64,000 bases of DNA. Source: Ptychomitrium polyphyllum (taxonomy: Eukaryota). The notes under the pieces were generated by a model. The model was not told the origin of the DNA, ran no database searches, and saw only the letters and a list, made by a program, of their open reading frames with translations. The stretch covers positions 6,324,001 to 6,388,000 of the forward strand of contig OZ316775.1 in assembly GCA_973851085.1 (NCBI GenBank), read 5' to 3'. Position 1 is the stretch's first letter. Each line of letters opens with the position of its first letter. The position numbers were made by a program, and so were the translations under genes. Positions 27,034-41,300 of the stretch are shown in pieces.

Positions 27034-30000
27034 TCAAAGATAGATGATTGTGTAGCTATAAACAATAACTTGCTATTAAATACAAATTTGGTATGAGAAT
27101 TATATATTATAAAAACATCATCATTAATTTCCTATAATAGAGTGTCTTGAATGGATGATGATGTATTAAAAGATATTGGTCTATTAAAATTTAGATGCTA
27201 GATTAAAATGTGTTGGTGCTTACATAACTTAGCTTTAAGCTTGCCCTCTTATTATATAACCAATGCATCACACATCTAACTAATGTGAATGAAATCTACT
27301 TTATGGTTTATAGAACATTTCTTGCAAATCCTTGTTAACAATTGAATCATAAGAAACTTAATGTGGAACATATTCACTTATACCACCATTCTTATATCCT
27401 ACTAGATTACAATATTCATCATAAAAAATTGTACAAATGAAATTGTAAGTAAAGAATGCATTAAAACATTTTAGGCCATCATGTGCAAATTTCCATTTGA
27501 TTTGTTCTTTCAGAAAACAACAAAAACCACTTTGACATAGTAGCATATCATACCCCTCTTCTTTATTCAAACTATATGAAATTTTTTCTACATAATAATA
27601 ACACCTATGAAAAACTACCCATTTATAGAGTCATATGTCATTTGTTTTTAATCCAAGAGGTTAGCAGGTGGTAACAGTTTGATAGGTTCACCTTCAAGAA
27701 AGTTATTCCCATGCAACTGTCGATCCAAAAATCAAGGAAGAGTCACAATTTTTTGAATTCTCAGTTATGTGCTTCTGAAGCATGTGTATGATTGAGTAGT
27801 GGAATGATGAGCGTAGAGATCACAGTTGCATCTCAGTCATCCATTGTTCCATGCTTGCCAACCTCATCTCTATAAGATTTGGCTCAGAAGGTGCCCATTT
27901 CCTACAAATCAAGTAGGAAAAGTGTTATATTCTCAGTCCATTTCTGCTTGGCTGTGGTGAAGTGGGTGCACAGACATCCAGTATAGCTCCAAATGTGAAC
28001 AGAAAAGAGGCCTTTTGAACCTTTTGCAAGGCCTTCTGAAGGCTGCATTGGAACTTTGCAAAAGTAGGCCAAGAACATTTTTCACCTAAAGAAAATGCTC
28101 AAGGAACCTTAGACACTTAGGCAGTCAACCCAAGGTCAGGAAAGACTGGCACTCCAAAGATCAGAGAGAAGTTATCACTAGTAGCACGCACTTTGTCTAA
28201 CTCCCCAGTTTTGTCCTCCTTGAAATATATGGTAAGCACACCCTTTACAAACACTGAAGAATTTGTATTGCTGTTGTTAAAACGTATATAGTTTGTCAAG
28301 ACACTCTACCATGTCTTTTTCAAATAGTGTATGAGTAAGTAATAAAACTTTAAAACCTGAGGTGTACAAAATAATAACAATACAATTGTTTAGATGTTTT
28401 GATGTATACATTCTCATAATTGATATGTACCTGATATGCAAGGTTATTGTTAGATACATGTCGTTAATGGATGTACTTACCATATTTCATTACAAATTCT
28501 ATGCAAGATAGGTACATATTTCTTGCTTAATTTTTACTAAATTGTTGCCACACAGAGATAAACCTTCAAATATTGCAATATCTATATACCAAATACAATC
28601 ATCTTTGCAAAGTCTATGTATCCCTTGTCAATATTACAAAGTTTATATTTATCATACTACTACTAATGATTAGGTCATGAAAACAATCATCACTAAAAAT
28701 TACATAAGCTCTATTAATAAATGGATTTTTTTTTTATAAATGTGTTGATATGATTAATTATACCACAGCATCTTATAACTAATTTTTTTGTATTTCATAA
28801 ATTAAGAAAAAATCCATATTCAGAGTTTTATGTACAATAAAATTTTGAATCAAAGGTGTGACATATTAAATATAAAATTTAGGAACAATAAGTCGAGCAT
28901 AAGTATTTAATATAAGCTAATTTTTTTAATTTAAGTAAATAAGATTTGATTAATTTGTTTAAAAGGTATGAAGATTTATGATCATGAAACAATGACCAAC
29001 TATGTAGTCTAATGAAATACTAGCATCATATCTTCTTTCATGCATGAGAAGTTGTTTTTAATATCTAAAGGCCTATTACCTACCACCATTCCATTTCTCT
29101 AATGAATTTAATGGTTCACTAAAATATAGAAGAACCATTCAAAATATATCCAAAAATACTTGTAATTCTTGGTCATTGCAACAAAAAACTTTGCACTCTT
29201 TGTAAATTTGGAACGGCTTCTATTATTTCATTTTTTGATAGTTAAATTTTCTAATTATACATCATCTTTTGTATGGACTTAAACCAATAAAAATGCAACA
29301 TATGATACTTTTTTAATTTTGAATTCTATATAGTTTTTTAGAAATTTTCATTTAAGCAAATTTCACTTGAAGAGTAATATAAATAATTCACATGTTCATT
29401 TAGTATTTTCAATTTCAAGCAAAGCAAATTGAAAATTTTGTTTTTTGAATGGTATTAGGTGAAAATTTGAAGATGCGACAATAGGCCAATTGAAAGAAAA
29501 ATGTAATATAGAATGATTATTTATACAAGCATTAACTAAGAAGATGGCTTTAGAGTATATTCATAAAGGAAATAGAAGTTTTTCAAAGTTACAAGGACCT
29601 TAATGTATAGAATGGTTATGACATTGCTTTAATGTTTGAGTTGAAATATATAAGGCTTGTTTATAGTGACTTCCTATCCTATATTATGCATTTGTAGCTT
29701 CTTGCCTTCCTCCTAGACTAGTTTATATTATTTATTTTAAAAATACATAATATTTGAAATCTCTAAAAAAGGTTAAGTTAAAAAAAAATATTTTGAAGGC
29801 TAGAAAGAAAATATCTACTATTATGTTTTTTATTTCTAAGTAATAATATCCATAATGTAATTTTAATATAAAATGTAATAGCTAAGCACTTTTTAAATCT
29901 ATAATGTTCCGCTTAAACCACATTAATCGAAAGTAATGCCAACTTCTTTCTATTTCTTGTTGTAAAATATAAAGAAGCTTTAAATTCTATAGGCTTTTAT

Positions 30001-30038
30001 TTAGTTTTGATTTTTTTCAAATTTTTTTGCAATAATAA

Positions 30039-30042
<4 letters not shown>

Positions 30043-30083
<41 letters not shown>

Positions 30084-30086
30084 TAT
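30043..30086. repeat. (AT)n microsatellite
   Basis: Run of about 16 AT units followed by ACACATATATA. Confidence 0.95.
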
Positions 30087-30785
30087 TGAATGGTATTCTA
30101 ATTAGTATATAAATATTTAAAAGAAGGTTTCATACTTCACTAATAATTGCAAAACAAAGCATTATATAGAGGTTGAGTTTAAGACTTCAACCTCAAATGT
30201 ATTTCTTCTATTTTTGCAAAATATAATGTACTTAAGACCACTTGTAAGTTAATTTTTATTGAAAACCTTCATATTATATACCTTGGGTCCTCGCATAAAT
30301 TCCAACAATATCAAGAGGTATATTTAACAAGCCTATGTATGAAAACACGCAATAAAAATTGTATAAAATATAGTAGGCACACAATATTCTAAAGCTTGAA
30401 GCTTAAAAGTGAATACATAATTTGTATAGATGTTTGTAAAAATAAAAAAGAATGATTTTTATATTTGTTGCAATATTCTATTGAAACTAACATCTTATAT
30501 CAAATGTATTGCATAGGATATTATACTTAAATCTAATTGCAAAAGAACTTTTTTTTTTGGGCTAAGACAACATGCAACTTCAGTTTTTTTTCAAAGATAC
30601 CATTCTTAGCAAGTAGAATGTGATGACCTAGGACTTAAAGAATTAAGAACAATATGTCTTTCTAAAAAAAATCAGAATTTTACAAGAATAAATAATATGC
30701 AAACATTTATGTAATACAAATAACATTTGGATGCTCAAATTAGTAAATTGAATCAGAAACAAAAAAGAGTATTAGATTTTCTAAA

Positions 30786-31051
30786 TATATAGGAATACAC
30801 ACAATATAGAATGTGAGTCTGCAAATACATGGTGAGATCACTATTTTAGGACCACCAAGCTTACCTTTGATGTTATGTTAGATCTAATGGAACATATTTT
30901 TTTTAACATAAATTATGGTTTCATAGTCCCAAATTAGTAAATTTACAAGATTTAGGGCACTATGACACCTACAAGAAGCCCTATGATTTTAGAAGAGTGA
31001 GTCTCACCATGTATCTGCAAACCTACATTCTATACAGAGTATTCTTGTATA
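30786..31051. mobile_element. Foldback/MITE-like element (~265 bp) with ~75 bp imperfect terminal inverted repeats and TA ends
   Basis: TATAGAATGTGAGTCTGCAAATACATGGTGAGATCAC (left) pairs with GTGAGTCTCACCATGTATCTGCAAACCTACATTCTATA (right). An inner palindrome TCATAGTCCCAAAT...ATTTAGGGCACTATGA is also present. Confidence 0.75.
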
Positions 31052-32280
31052 GTTTCAGAATAGCTCTATTATGTATGATCTTGCTGTAAGCGCATCAATT
31101 TATGCCTGTGAATAGGTATTTACTCTGTAAGGACACGACATCAAACTTGAGAGTTTGGAATTCAAAGAAAATGAAGAAGATTCAAGCAGTTGGGATCATG
31201 ATCTCGTTGAAGATTGACATAATTCAGTCTGAGCGGCAGATCAAAGTACTCAATCTAGATATTCAGAAGCTGATATAATTCTCAGTTAGTGCTGGATCAG
31301 TGAAGTTGTACTGAGGCTGTAAGGATCAGATGCTTAGTGGTAATTAACCACTCAAATTTCTCAGTGACGCTGGGATCGTGGATCCAATATTTTAAAAACT
31401 AATTTATCCTTTGAATGAAGGACAATTCATTGCGGTCCACCTTCTAACAATAGGCTTACTCCTGGGTAACTGAAAATTTGAACCCATTCCATACAGCTGA
31501 CTCATCTCTAGCCGTCAAATGTCTTCCTTACCGTGATTCACCTTGGACTTTAATTGATTCGAGGGTTTTTCGACTAAAACTTTGCCTATAAGCAATTGCA
31601 ACACTGCTACAGTGCTGCTACCAAGCCTACCGTTGAATCGATCAGGGTGCATCGACATCCTTCCATGCACTGAGGGACCCGACTAGGGGCCATGGCCCTG
31701 TTATTGGAAGTTACACTGATGTCATGGTTACTAACATTCATTGTCAGGATCAGCTGGCCTGACATCCACTTCGGTAGAAAGTGAAAAAGCACTGATGCAA
31801 CCTAGACTTTCACACATTTGCCCTGGGGTAAGTTAAACAGCTACAACATAGCTTGGAAGTTGAAATACGAAACGAATAATTTTGAGAATATCAATCAGAA
31901 TGCTACATAGTACGTCAATGGCTCTGTCTGTATTAATTTAAAAAAACTAATGCTCTTTTTCTTCGCCAATGATCTGGGTTTGAAATTGTTTTCGAGGGAG
32001 GCTGTGGAGCATTGAAGACAAGAGGGGCAGGGGCAGAGTGAAGGAAGGGGAAGGAAGGGTCACGTGGCGAGGTGCTTCACCTCGGGGAGCGAAGCCACAG
32101 AGAGCGCACTGAGCAGCGATGACAACATGATGGCCGTGGTGTCGGAGAGGTGAGGATTCATGAGGGAACTGCTCTTGCAGGGGGCAAGTCAAACAGCGCC
32201 AGATATCCTGCAAGCGAGAGAAAGAAGAGAGAGGGTGCTGATCCTCAGCTCGATGTCTCTCATCGGAGGCACTCAGCTTT

Positions 32281-32292
32281 AAGCTTATAAAG
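32281..32292 (+). promoter_or_regulatory. Candidate TATA box of the MYB gene
   Basis: CTTATAAAG followed by a CT-rich stretch, about 800 bp upstream of the ATG, with intron-like sequence in between. A G-box (CACGTG) lies at 32061. Confidence 0.35.
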
Positions 32293-33078
32293 CTCCGGTC
32301 TAGAGTTCCTTTTCCTTTAATCCTCTCATGTTCGTCATCAGGTGAGACCAAATGTGCAGTCCAACACAAGCATGTCAACCGAATTCACAGCGTGAGTGAC
32401 GCCGTCCCGGTGCTCAGGCTCATAGCAAAGGCTTCCTGCTTCTAGTAGTGGACTCTCTAGCGTAGTTCCACTGTAGGTATCTCAGAGCTTGCTGCGATAT
32501 ATCGTGCACTGGCTGCAAGGCAGCATCTTGGGCATAGTCAAGTACTGCATCACCATGGAGCCTGCCGTCGGCTTACAGAATGTCTAGTAGAACCGACTGA
32601 GTTGCCCCGTGCTCGTTTACTCGGTTCCGGCCACAGGCTAGTATTCTTCTTAGTCGTGTATGGAGACTTGCCGAAAGTGCATCTCCGAGTCTGCTCCTGG
32701 TCTCTAGGGAGGGCCTTCAAAAGTTCGTTACAGGAACAGGCTGCAGTTTTGGATCGCGGCTGCGCGTTTCTTCGCAACAAGTTGCTACACAACTTCGTTG
32801 TTCATTGCGGTAGAAAAGTTGAAGTAGACCGATCCACTTATCAGTTGAAGCACATATACTTGTTGTTTCAGGTCGTGTGGTGCAGTGACGCTGCAGAGTT
32901 TCGAACTTGTACTGTGAGTATTAGAAAGTGCAAGGTCACTTGTTATTGGACATACTGTCCAGAATCTAGTGCCCAGACATAAATTAGATTACATTTCCCG
33001 CTCGAAGAAGTGTCTTTCTAAGAGAGTGAGGAGACTCCGAGATTAGCCCAGAGCGAGTTGAAAACCACTTTGAGGAAG

Positions 33079-35307
33079 ATGACTAGACTATCCAAGTCGA
33101 ACGAAGACGTTCGGAAAGGAGCATGGGCTGCGGAGGAGGATGAGAAACTCCGCAAGTATGTGGAAACATATGGGACCGGCCACTGGCGCAGCGTTGGAAA
33201 GAAAGCAGGTACTGTCGCAGGGATAGGAAGTTGGAACTATGTTGCCCTCTTTATTTGCCTGAAAACAAGTGCGCTGGACCCCAAGGCGGTTGAAGTACCA
33301 TATGCCTGTGAACCCATGTGTTATCTCTCTTCGCAGGGTTTCAAACTATGAGCACTACTCTTGCTGTGTTACTTGATGCAATTAGAAGTACTATCACTGT
33401 TGGGCCTAATCACAGGTAGTGTCTACTATCTGAGTGATGAGTTTCAGAACTCAAAGCTGCTGATTGTGATTATAGTTGGTAAACCCTTGTAGATATGTAA
33501 TCGTGGAATTACTGGAACGTGGGTCCTGAAACATCGGATCCAACCGTGTGTACTTCACATGAACTAAGCTTATTCCACCTGCACTGATTATGTAGGTCTG
33601 CAGAGATGTGGGAAGAGCTGCCGACTGCGGTGGACAAATTATCTCCGACCTGATATTCGACATGGTAGTTTCACCCCAGATGAAGAGGATCTCATAGTGA
33701 AGCTGCATGCAGCTCATGGGAGCAGGTAATTGAGCTGGATTTTGAACAGCTTTCTGAATTTGGTTACGTTTAACTGATGATAACGGTTGCACCTGTTGGC
33801 ATAATTGTATGTTACTGGTTGTGATGTTATTGTTAGACTTGTCTCTTGGGAAATACTGGGCAGTTGACAATGAGAGGACTGAGAAGTTGCCCTGCACGTT
33901 GACAGATGGTCCCTTATCGCCGCTCAGATGTCAGGCAGGACAGATAATGATATCAAGAATCACTGGAATACAAGGTTGAAGAAGAAGCTCTGTGACATGG
34001 GCATTGATCCCGTCACACACAAGCCCATCGCAGACTTGCTCAGGGATTTAGCTGGAACTATGGCTCAATCCTCTGCAGGCAATCAGGTACAGTAATTTTC
34101 AACATATCCCTAAGTTACTTTCTCTGATTTCTTTTCTTCTTCCCTACCAACTGGGTCACCTCCAAATTACAAATAATCTGACTGCTGTAGTTGCATTACT
34201 CTTACTGTTCTGAAGGTGGCAGAGGAAGCAGCTAGGAGGTGCTTCCGAGACAACCTGGTAAGTAAAGCCGTCCGAGAGTGCAGCAAGAACAACCCTGCTC
34301 TGGTGTCCCAATTTATGACTCAATACTCCATGAACCCTGTCAACGATCACGTCTCCATTCCAGAGCTAAACCACACCAGGGGACAGAAAAGCTCCAACAA
34401 CTCCGGCTCACACAGCACGGACGAGAGCTCCAGCACCGAGGAGGCCGTTTCACGCCGCTCCAACAGTCCACCTGCTGACCTGGACCACTCCAATCAACAC
34501 AGACCATATCAACCATCTGCAGCCAACGCTGATCACCACACCTTCGGCACGGTGGTCGAAAGCTCATGTGGCCGAATTGCATACCTCTCTTCTGCCCAGA
34601 TGAACAGCTTCAACGATTCCGGCAATTCGCTTGCACCGTTCCCAGAGCAGGAGCCTAATTCCACACCCATGACCCCTGCAGGATCAGAATTTTTCAACTT
34701 CAACCGCGGCAGCACCAACTGTGCACCCATTATCAACAGACCCCGCCAGATGCAAGTTGGTCCAGCTCGCCCATTGGTCCAACAAAGGACGGATTATACA
34801 CGTTGGTTGGCTTCGAGAACTGCACTTCCACATCAAGATCATCAAGAATTTTCCCTAAACAGTGCTGTGCAGTTGCCTCTGAGTCGATTCGGCAGCGAGG
34901 TTCAGAACCAGGGCCATGCCGAGGTTGGTTTTTTGGGAGGTGCGGAGGTTTCAAGACCAAATTCAGGGGCAAGTAAACTGGACATCAGGATCAACCTTGG
35001 TTTCAATCAGCAGGGAGGGTTGCAAGAGAATACTGCATTCGGCTACAGGAGCTTCAGTGGGCCATTGTCATCTTCTTTGCAGTCGACTGGAGCTGGTCCC
35101 ACTGGGTCCATTCTGGACATCACCACCCAGCATGCTTTGTCAGGGTACGCTGCTGCTAGCCAGTATTCCAGCTCCATTAGCCCCAATAATACAATGAACC
35201 TGACGAATTTTAACACTTCTTTGGCAGGAACGCCGGCCTCTGGTATGCGTCTTCATGAGTATGAAGTGCCCAGCCCCAGGATGGTGTTATGGGATTTCCA
35301 GGAGTAG
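33079..35307 (+). CDS. R2R3-MYB transcription factor, MYB80/MS188-like, ~510 aa; exons 33079-33208, 33596-33725, 33906-34086, 34216-35307
   Basis: [12 protein letters not shown]...[22 protein letters not shown]...[31 protein letters not shown], with the classic R2R3-MYB intron positions (130-nt exon 2). Followed by [14 protein letters not shown]...[13 protein letters not shown]. Confidence 0.95.
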
Positions 35308-38300
35308 ATAGAGTAGGGTTGAATTTAGTTTAGAAATTTATGCTTGCTTCCCTTTAGATCGACTTTTGTGGGGATGTTCAGGGCTATTCAGAAGTTGAGT
35401 GCATGTATGTGCTTAATCCTCATTTAGGCTTCAATATGTAGGAGTTGGTTAGAGTAGGGGGAAGTGTACATCTCTGTGGACGTTCCAACCTCCTGAACAT
35501 TCATTTTTTTCCCTCGTTCTCTCTATACGGACTTGTTAATACACTTTCTTTTCTCAATTCCTATTGTGAAGTTCTCGTGTACTACAGGCTGGATTTCTCA
35601 GTTAAAAAATTCAGTCTCAAATTTCTTCGTCTTTTTCAGCTCTCTTGTTTTAACCTTCACACTTGTTCATTGATCGTAACTGTTGTGATTTACTGTTCAG
35701 ATCCTTAATGTCCGTTTTCCCTCTGGTATGTTTGCTCAAATTGATCGGGCACCCTAGTTAACAGTAAGATGTTGTGCGCTTGTTGGGTTGTATATAATAA
35801 TTCCAGAAGGACAGGAAATATAGACTGGCTTCCAGTGCGATTCCAAATTTGGAAACGACGTACATGAATTGAAAAATGCTTTGGGTACGGAGTATGTAAT
35901 CCATGACGTGTGTTCAGTTGCATAACCTTGAAGCTGCCATATGAAATTCGTGGTGATCTTTTAAAGATACGTAAGCTACTGAAGGAGAGATATGATCACT
36001 GAATTAGGCAACGCAGACGAAATTAGCCATATTTTTGACATTCCAATAGTGGCTGATTGTCGGTGACTGATTCAAGAGACACAATTATAGTAATTCAGTA
36101 CGTATACCGTATTAGTTTACTAGAAATGGGGGTAGAACTAGCTTCAAGTACTGTTTCTTACTTACACTAGTTAGCACGTAATCGGATACTGAACCTCGTC
36201 TGCGGTTCATTCTAGGCTTACTCTCAAAATAGTCTGCTTCGATGGCGCATCTTTTGCAAGTGACCGCACAAACCAGGGTAACATTATGACTACCATTTTA
36301 GTGATAGTCGACGGGTTGTTCACCCATCACTAGAGCACTGAATGATCAAGTTTATAAGACAGCGTTGCATTCTGAAGCAAATTTTACCACACAAGAAAAA
36401 CAGCGAAAACTGTGATTATGCACTAACCCAGGTATCTCCATTCCCCAACTTCCAATTGGAGCCAACATATCTTGTGAACCTAGCTAGTTGAATCCATAAC
36501 CGACTTGTGTTCACTCGAATTTGGGTTGTAAGGCATCATGAGTTGGTTTAGGAACAGTGGATTCCCAGCCTGAACTGAACTGACAATCTGCACCCTAACT
36601 GAATTATGGTTTTTTCCAATGGACAGCACAAATCCCCACCTTCTGGCTGTAGAAATCCGTTAAAGTTCATCTCTGATCCACTCAGCTGACTCACTGGTCC
36701 AAAAGCCCCTCCCAAACCTGCTTCCTCTCCCTTAATCACCCCCATTACTGCACTCCATTCCCAAGAGTATCTTCGTCATAGCTCCATAAATGCATCCATT
36801 CAATGTCCCCTTCTCTTCCCACCTTCTTTTATTTCTTATCACCCACATAAATGACCTCAGAATCATTCATCACCAATATGCACCCATAAATGACACTAAT
36901 TTGGCGATGATTTACTATACCACTAATCTTCAGTACGTACTGGTTGCACGTCGTAATATTAGAATCGTACACTGGGCTACTTCATAGTGTCCTTCATAAT
37001 TCAATAAAGCGCCGTAAGGTGATGCAGGCGGGTCAGGTTTGTTACATAAACTTTTGTTAACTTTCCAAAATGATGAATTAAAGAATCTAACAATTTTCTC
37101 CCAAGTTTTTCCGGAAGGACCCGGGGGTTCTGACTTATGGACTGCAAGACACAAGGGGAAAGTCATATGTTTAGCTGCAAGGAACGGCTATGGCGAAGGA
37201 GAGAAGATTAGAGGCAAGAAGGAGGCGTTAACTTAAGCTACGTCGTTTAGTCTGTGGACACCGCCACCTTGGATGGGTACTGATGAACTACTTATACCTG
37301 GCCTGCCGGGAACTGCTGCAGTGTACTGGTTTCGCACTGGGGAGTAGTACAGGCAAGGGGGTGGCAGAGGGGTAATGATTGAGAGGAAGCGTGTCACGCT
37401 GTCGTTAAGGATGCTGAGATTTGTGCAGGATTTGATAATGTAGCTGCAACTGTGTCAGCAGGGTAAGTCTGCAAGAGTGCATGAACTGCAGAACGAAGAT
37501 GGCACGTCGAAGCGCAGGTGAGTTAGTCGCGTGATTTATTCAGCCTTGAAGTACGGAATGAATATCTGGGTGGTCTAGTGTTCACCGAGTGTACTCACAC
37601 TCAGGCAATGAAGCGGTTTATTTGGCTAAAAATTGGACGGTACAGGTCTTCTCAATGAGTTACTAATTCGCGAGCTGGTTGATGAGTAACATATGCATTA
37701 CGATGATTCCCGTTAAACGTGTCGGTTATATCAGCGTAGAATATGGAATCGGCCATTTGGAACACATGAACAACTTCATACTTTTTGCCCAAATGGAAGA
37801 GGATCCCTTTATAACCATGATATGTATAATTGCATCGATTAAGCCTGGCCATTCATTGATTTCATAAACACATGAGCGGATGACATTGTAATCCTTCAAA
37901 GCCCTGCCCTTTCCATCAAGGTTGAGCTATCATTTAGCTTAAGTGGACAAGCAAGCTACATGCACCTCTGAGTTTGTGCTCCGTTTCTGCTTGATATCAC
38001 AATCAAAATTGAATCACATTTAACACAGCTTCAATATGAACAGCCACCTGTAATGCAATTTGGATGAAGAGCCTGTAGCACTTCAACACAGCACTGAAGC
38101 AGCCCACTGGAAGTGGAAGACTCTCCTGGAATCCAATTTATTATTACCGTAACGCAGCGTGTTGGTCTCGACCAGGTGACAAATTCGAAGATTCGTCAAA
38201 GATCGCTAGAAGGCACTATTCTGGTGATGATGCATTACTCCGTTGCAGACAGCAGCTTCTAGCTACCGCTTGTGCTTGAGCACGTTCCAATATAAAAGAG

Positions 38301-41300
38301 ACTCAATGGTCTCTAGAAAGGCGAGCACTGTCTTTGATATTTTCTATCATAAATTCGTCTAAAGGCCAAACTTGACTGTGGAAGAGAGGGTCAAACTGAT
38401 CGAGCAATCACTCATGGTGCTCCAGTATCTCACTGAACTTCACGTACTATTCTGAAGCTGAGCTCATACAATTGAAAGCACAATTTTGTCAGCTTAGGCA
38501 TTTCATGAGGTTAGATCAACAGACTTACGATTGTTGCAGGCAGCTAATGATACTGCACAGGTTGAAGCTGGCTGTACCCCAGCTAGTAACTAGTCCATCA
38601 AGTTTATGCTTATGCTGAATTAGCTGAAGTTTGGAACCACAAGCATTCTGGTGGAATTATTGTATATTCAGATTTTTGATGCATAATACATAGAGCGATT
38701 ACTTAGAAAATAAACTCACATCCAAATGCAACTATGCAACTCATGGAATCCCAATGCTGACTTCCCACCGACTTGTATCAGTATTAGGCGCGCAGTATGA
38801 TGTTAGTAATGTAGTACAGTGAGTTGTGATACAATGAGTCTTCGAAAACTTAGAAGATCTCGGAGGAACATCAAAGCCACTATATTTCAGATGTCAAATG
38901 TTGCAGTCTACAGGTGCTTTGGATACAAGTTACAAGTTCCATTGGTAGGGCACTTGAAGAGACTTGAAAAAATTGAACAAACTCTTCAAATTTGTACTTT
39001 AATCATCTGGTAATTAAACACCCTATTCATTATAATTGGAAATTTTCAAGGTCTAAAATAATCTTTGGAATGCAATAAATCTAAAAGGAATTAAGTTTGT
39101 TATGTTTTTAAAGTTATATAGCAAGTTTCTTGCCAATAAAGGAGCCAAGGCAAGTAAAAGTCATTGAATTTGCAGTAAGAAAAATCATATGATATATTGT
39201 TTAATTTAAATCAAGTTGAAATACTTGATCCTCATCACAATTAATACCTAATTGATAATAGAGTAACAAGAATTAATAAAAGATATGCAATTCAGTTTTA
39301 TTTGAGTTTAATGTAAATAAATATCATTATAGTCCCAAAGTTATTGTTTTATCCCATTATATTGAATACAATGATATTCGTACACCAACGTACTTACTTA
39401 GGATTGTTCACATGGGTGGACGTGCCTCAAAACTTAACGGACGTCCTTGACACACAAATGGGCTTATCCTTTTGTCCATGGCAGACAACTATTTTATTTT
39501 GTGTAAAAATAATTACTAGCTTTTAAAATCATTTACCTTTTATTTAAAATTAACTTTGGAAGGCAAAAAAGGCAAAAGGAATTGTGACACAGACACCTCT
39601 AACCCTGACCCTGCTGTAACAAGCACCTTCTGCTTGCTCCCAAGTTGAATTGTTTGAGTTGGCTCCTACTGTCCATAGTGGAAGTAGCTGGCCTGATGTC
39701 CAACATGCATACAATAAATTGCATATATCCTTGCAATAGTCAAGGTTGTCTTAACCACAATCAGAGAGACATATAGACTTATTGAACAAGCATTTGAGCT
39801 TATCAGATGAAGGAGCACACATGGAGTTTTGAACAATCCATTACATACTATTCACTTATGTACATTTCTTTGCTCAGAGTAGTAGCTTAGTAAATGCCAG
39901 GTTCCTGTCTAGACTCTAGATGAGCAGAATACTTATTGGAGATTATAACATGTGAGCCAGAAAAAATATGATCACTTGTGGGGATGGTTCTGATTACACT
40001 CATACACAATACTGCAAAGCTGATCTCTGAGAAATTTGGGGGGAAATTACTGCAGGCCTGTATCACAAGCCTTTTCATGATATATAGGACCTCAGGCTTT
40101 TTACTTGCTTTCCAATGTGGCAGTAGCAATGACTCTAGCAGCTCCATGTGATATAGGTTTACTGTAGTGCCTTTGGTATGCAAAACTCTTAGATCTGGCC
40201 ATGATAGATTACTTCTGGCTTTGAAATATAGGAGTGAAGAAATTTCTTTGATCAGTGACAAAGTGGAAATGGTTAAAACAGATTTAACTCATTTTCTTGA
40301 ACAGATGTGTGATGATGAGCAAGACAATAACATTGACCTGTTACTTGCTGAATTTGAATTATTCCCAATTGAACTAATTTATTTACAACTGAACATGACT
40401 ACATATTAGCTGTCACATCAAATCTATGTCTCCTCATAGTTATGCTCACAGGACTTTCATACTCTCTGCTCTCTTCTCTACACAATCAAGGTTAAAAAGT
40501 CACAAACCATGGAATTAAAAATGCAAAATGCCCAGTGCCAATCTTGGATGCAAACCTGGAGTGCATATGATTCAAAGACCCACTTTGATTGCAGTTAAAA
40601 TCTGAAGATTTATTTTTCCTGAAGTGGGTAATCAGGTGAGTGTCAAGTGAAGGAAAGCAACACATCAGAACCAACAATTAAATTCATTGTTAATTTTTTT
40701 ATAAGTTAACCTCTTAGGAATGTTTAAAAATTCCCACTCCAATTTCTGAGATTTTAGTCCATGTTTACATTGTAATATGAAAGTGAGAAATCATAAATCT
40801 AGAAGATAAAAAGTTATTCGTGATTCAGGTAGCCTATGCTTGAAAAGCCACTTGTGGTTCATAGAGGTAAGTGAGATTTGCAAGCAGCTTATCAGAATAT
40901 CCTAACTCCTTTGCACTCTGATAACATAATGATGGACTCTGCACAGAAGTGCAATTTGACAAAAGATTATGTGGACTGCTCATGCAGTCATGATTTGCAA
41001 AACTGGTACCTTACTACTCTGGTTCAGAAGCTGCAAGCTGCAAGCCATACCCACATGCATTGTCATTCAGAGATTGAATCACCTAAAATTTGATGCATAA
41101 TGTCCTCTGCTCTTACTATCTCAGGCCACTGATCAGACAACTGTTCTGGTTTTTATGCAGGGGTACTTGACCCCAAAACGTAGTCTTTGTTATCATTTGA
41201 ACATTAGCAATCTTAGAGGCTGGCTGTCCTTCCTGAGTAGAAAGTTACACTGAGACTGGAAAGTCACATTGATATTTGTACACTGTTTCATTTCCCATTA

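Noticed and set aside
27995..28072. Nested short palindromes (GGCC...TTTTGCAAG GCCTTCTGAAGGC...CTTTGCAAAA...GGCC) as a miRNA or Helitron hairpin
   Set aside because: Stems are short and interrupted, there is no adjacent CTRR end, and it matches no miRNA I recognise.
39887..40409. Overlapping ORFs with protein-like composition in a CpG-poor island
   Set aside because: No recognisable motif or consistent splice structure. It could be a relic, but that cannot be supported without a search.
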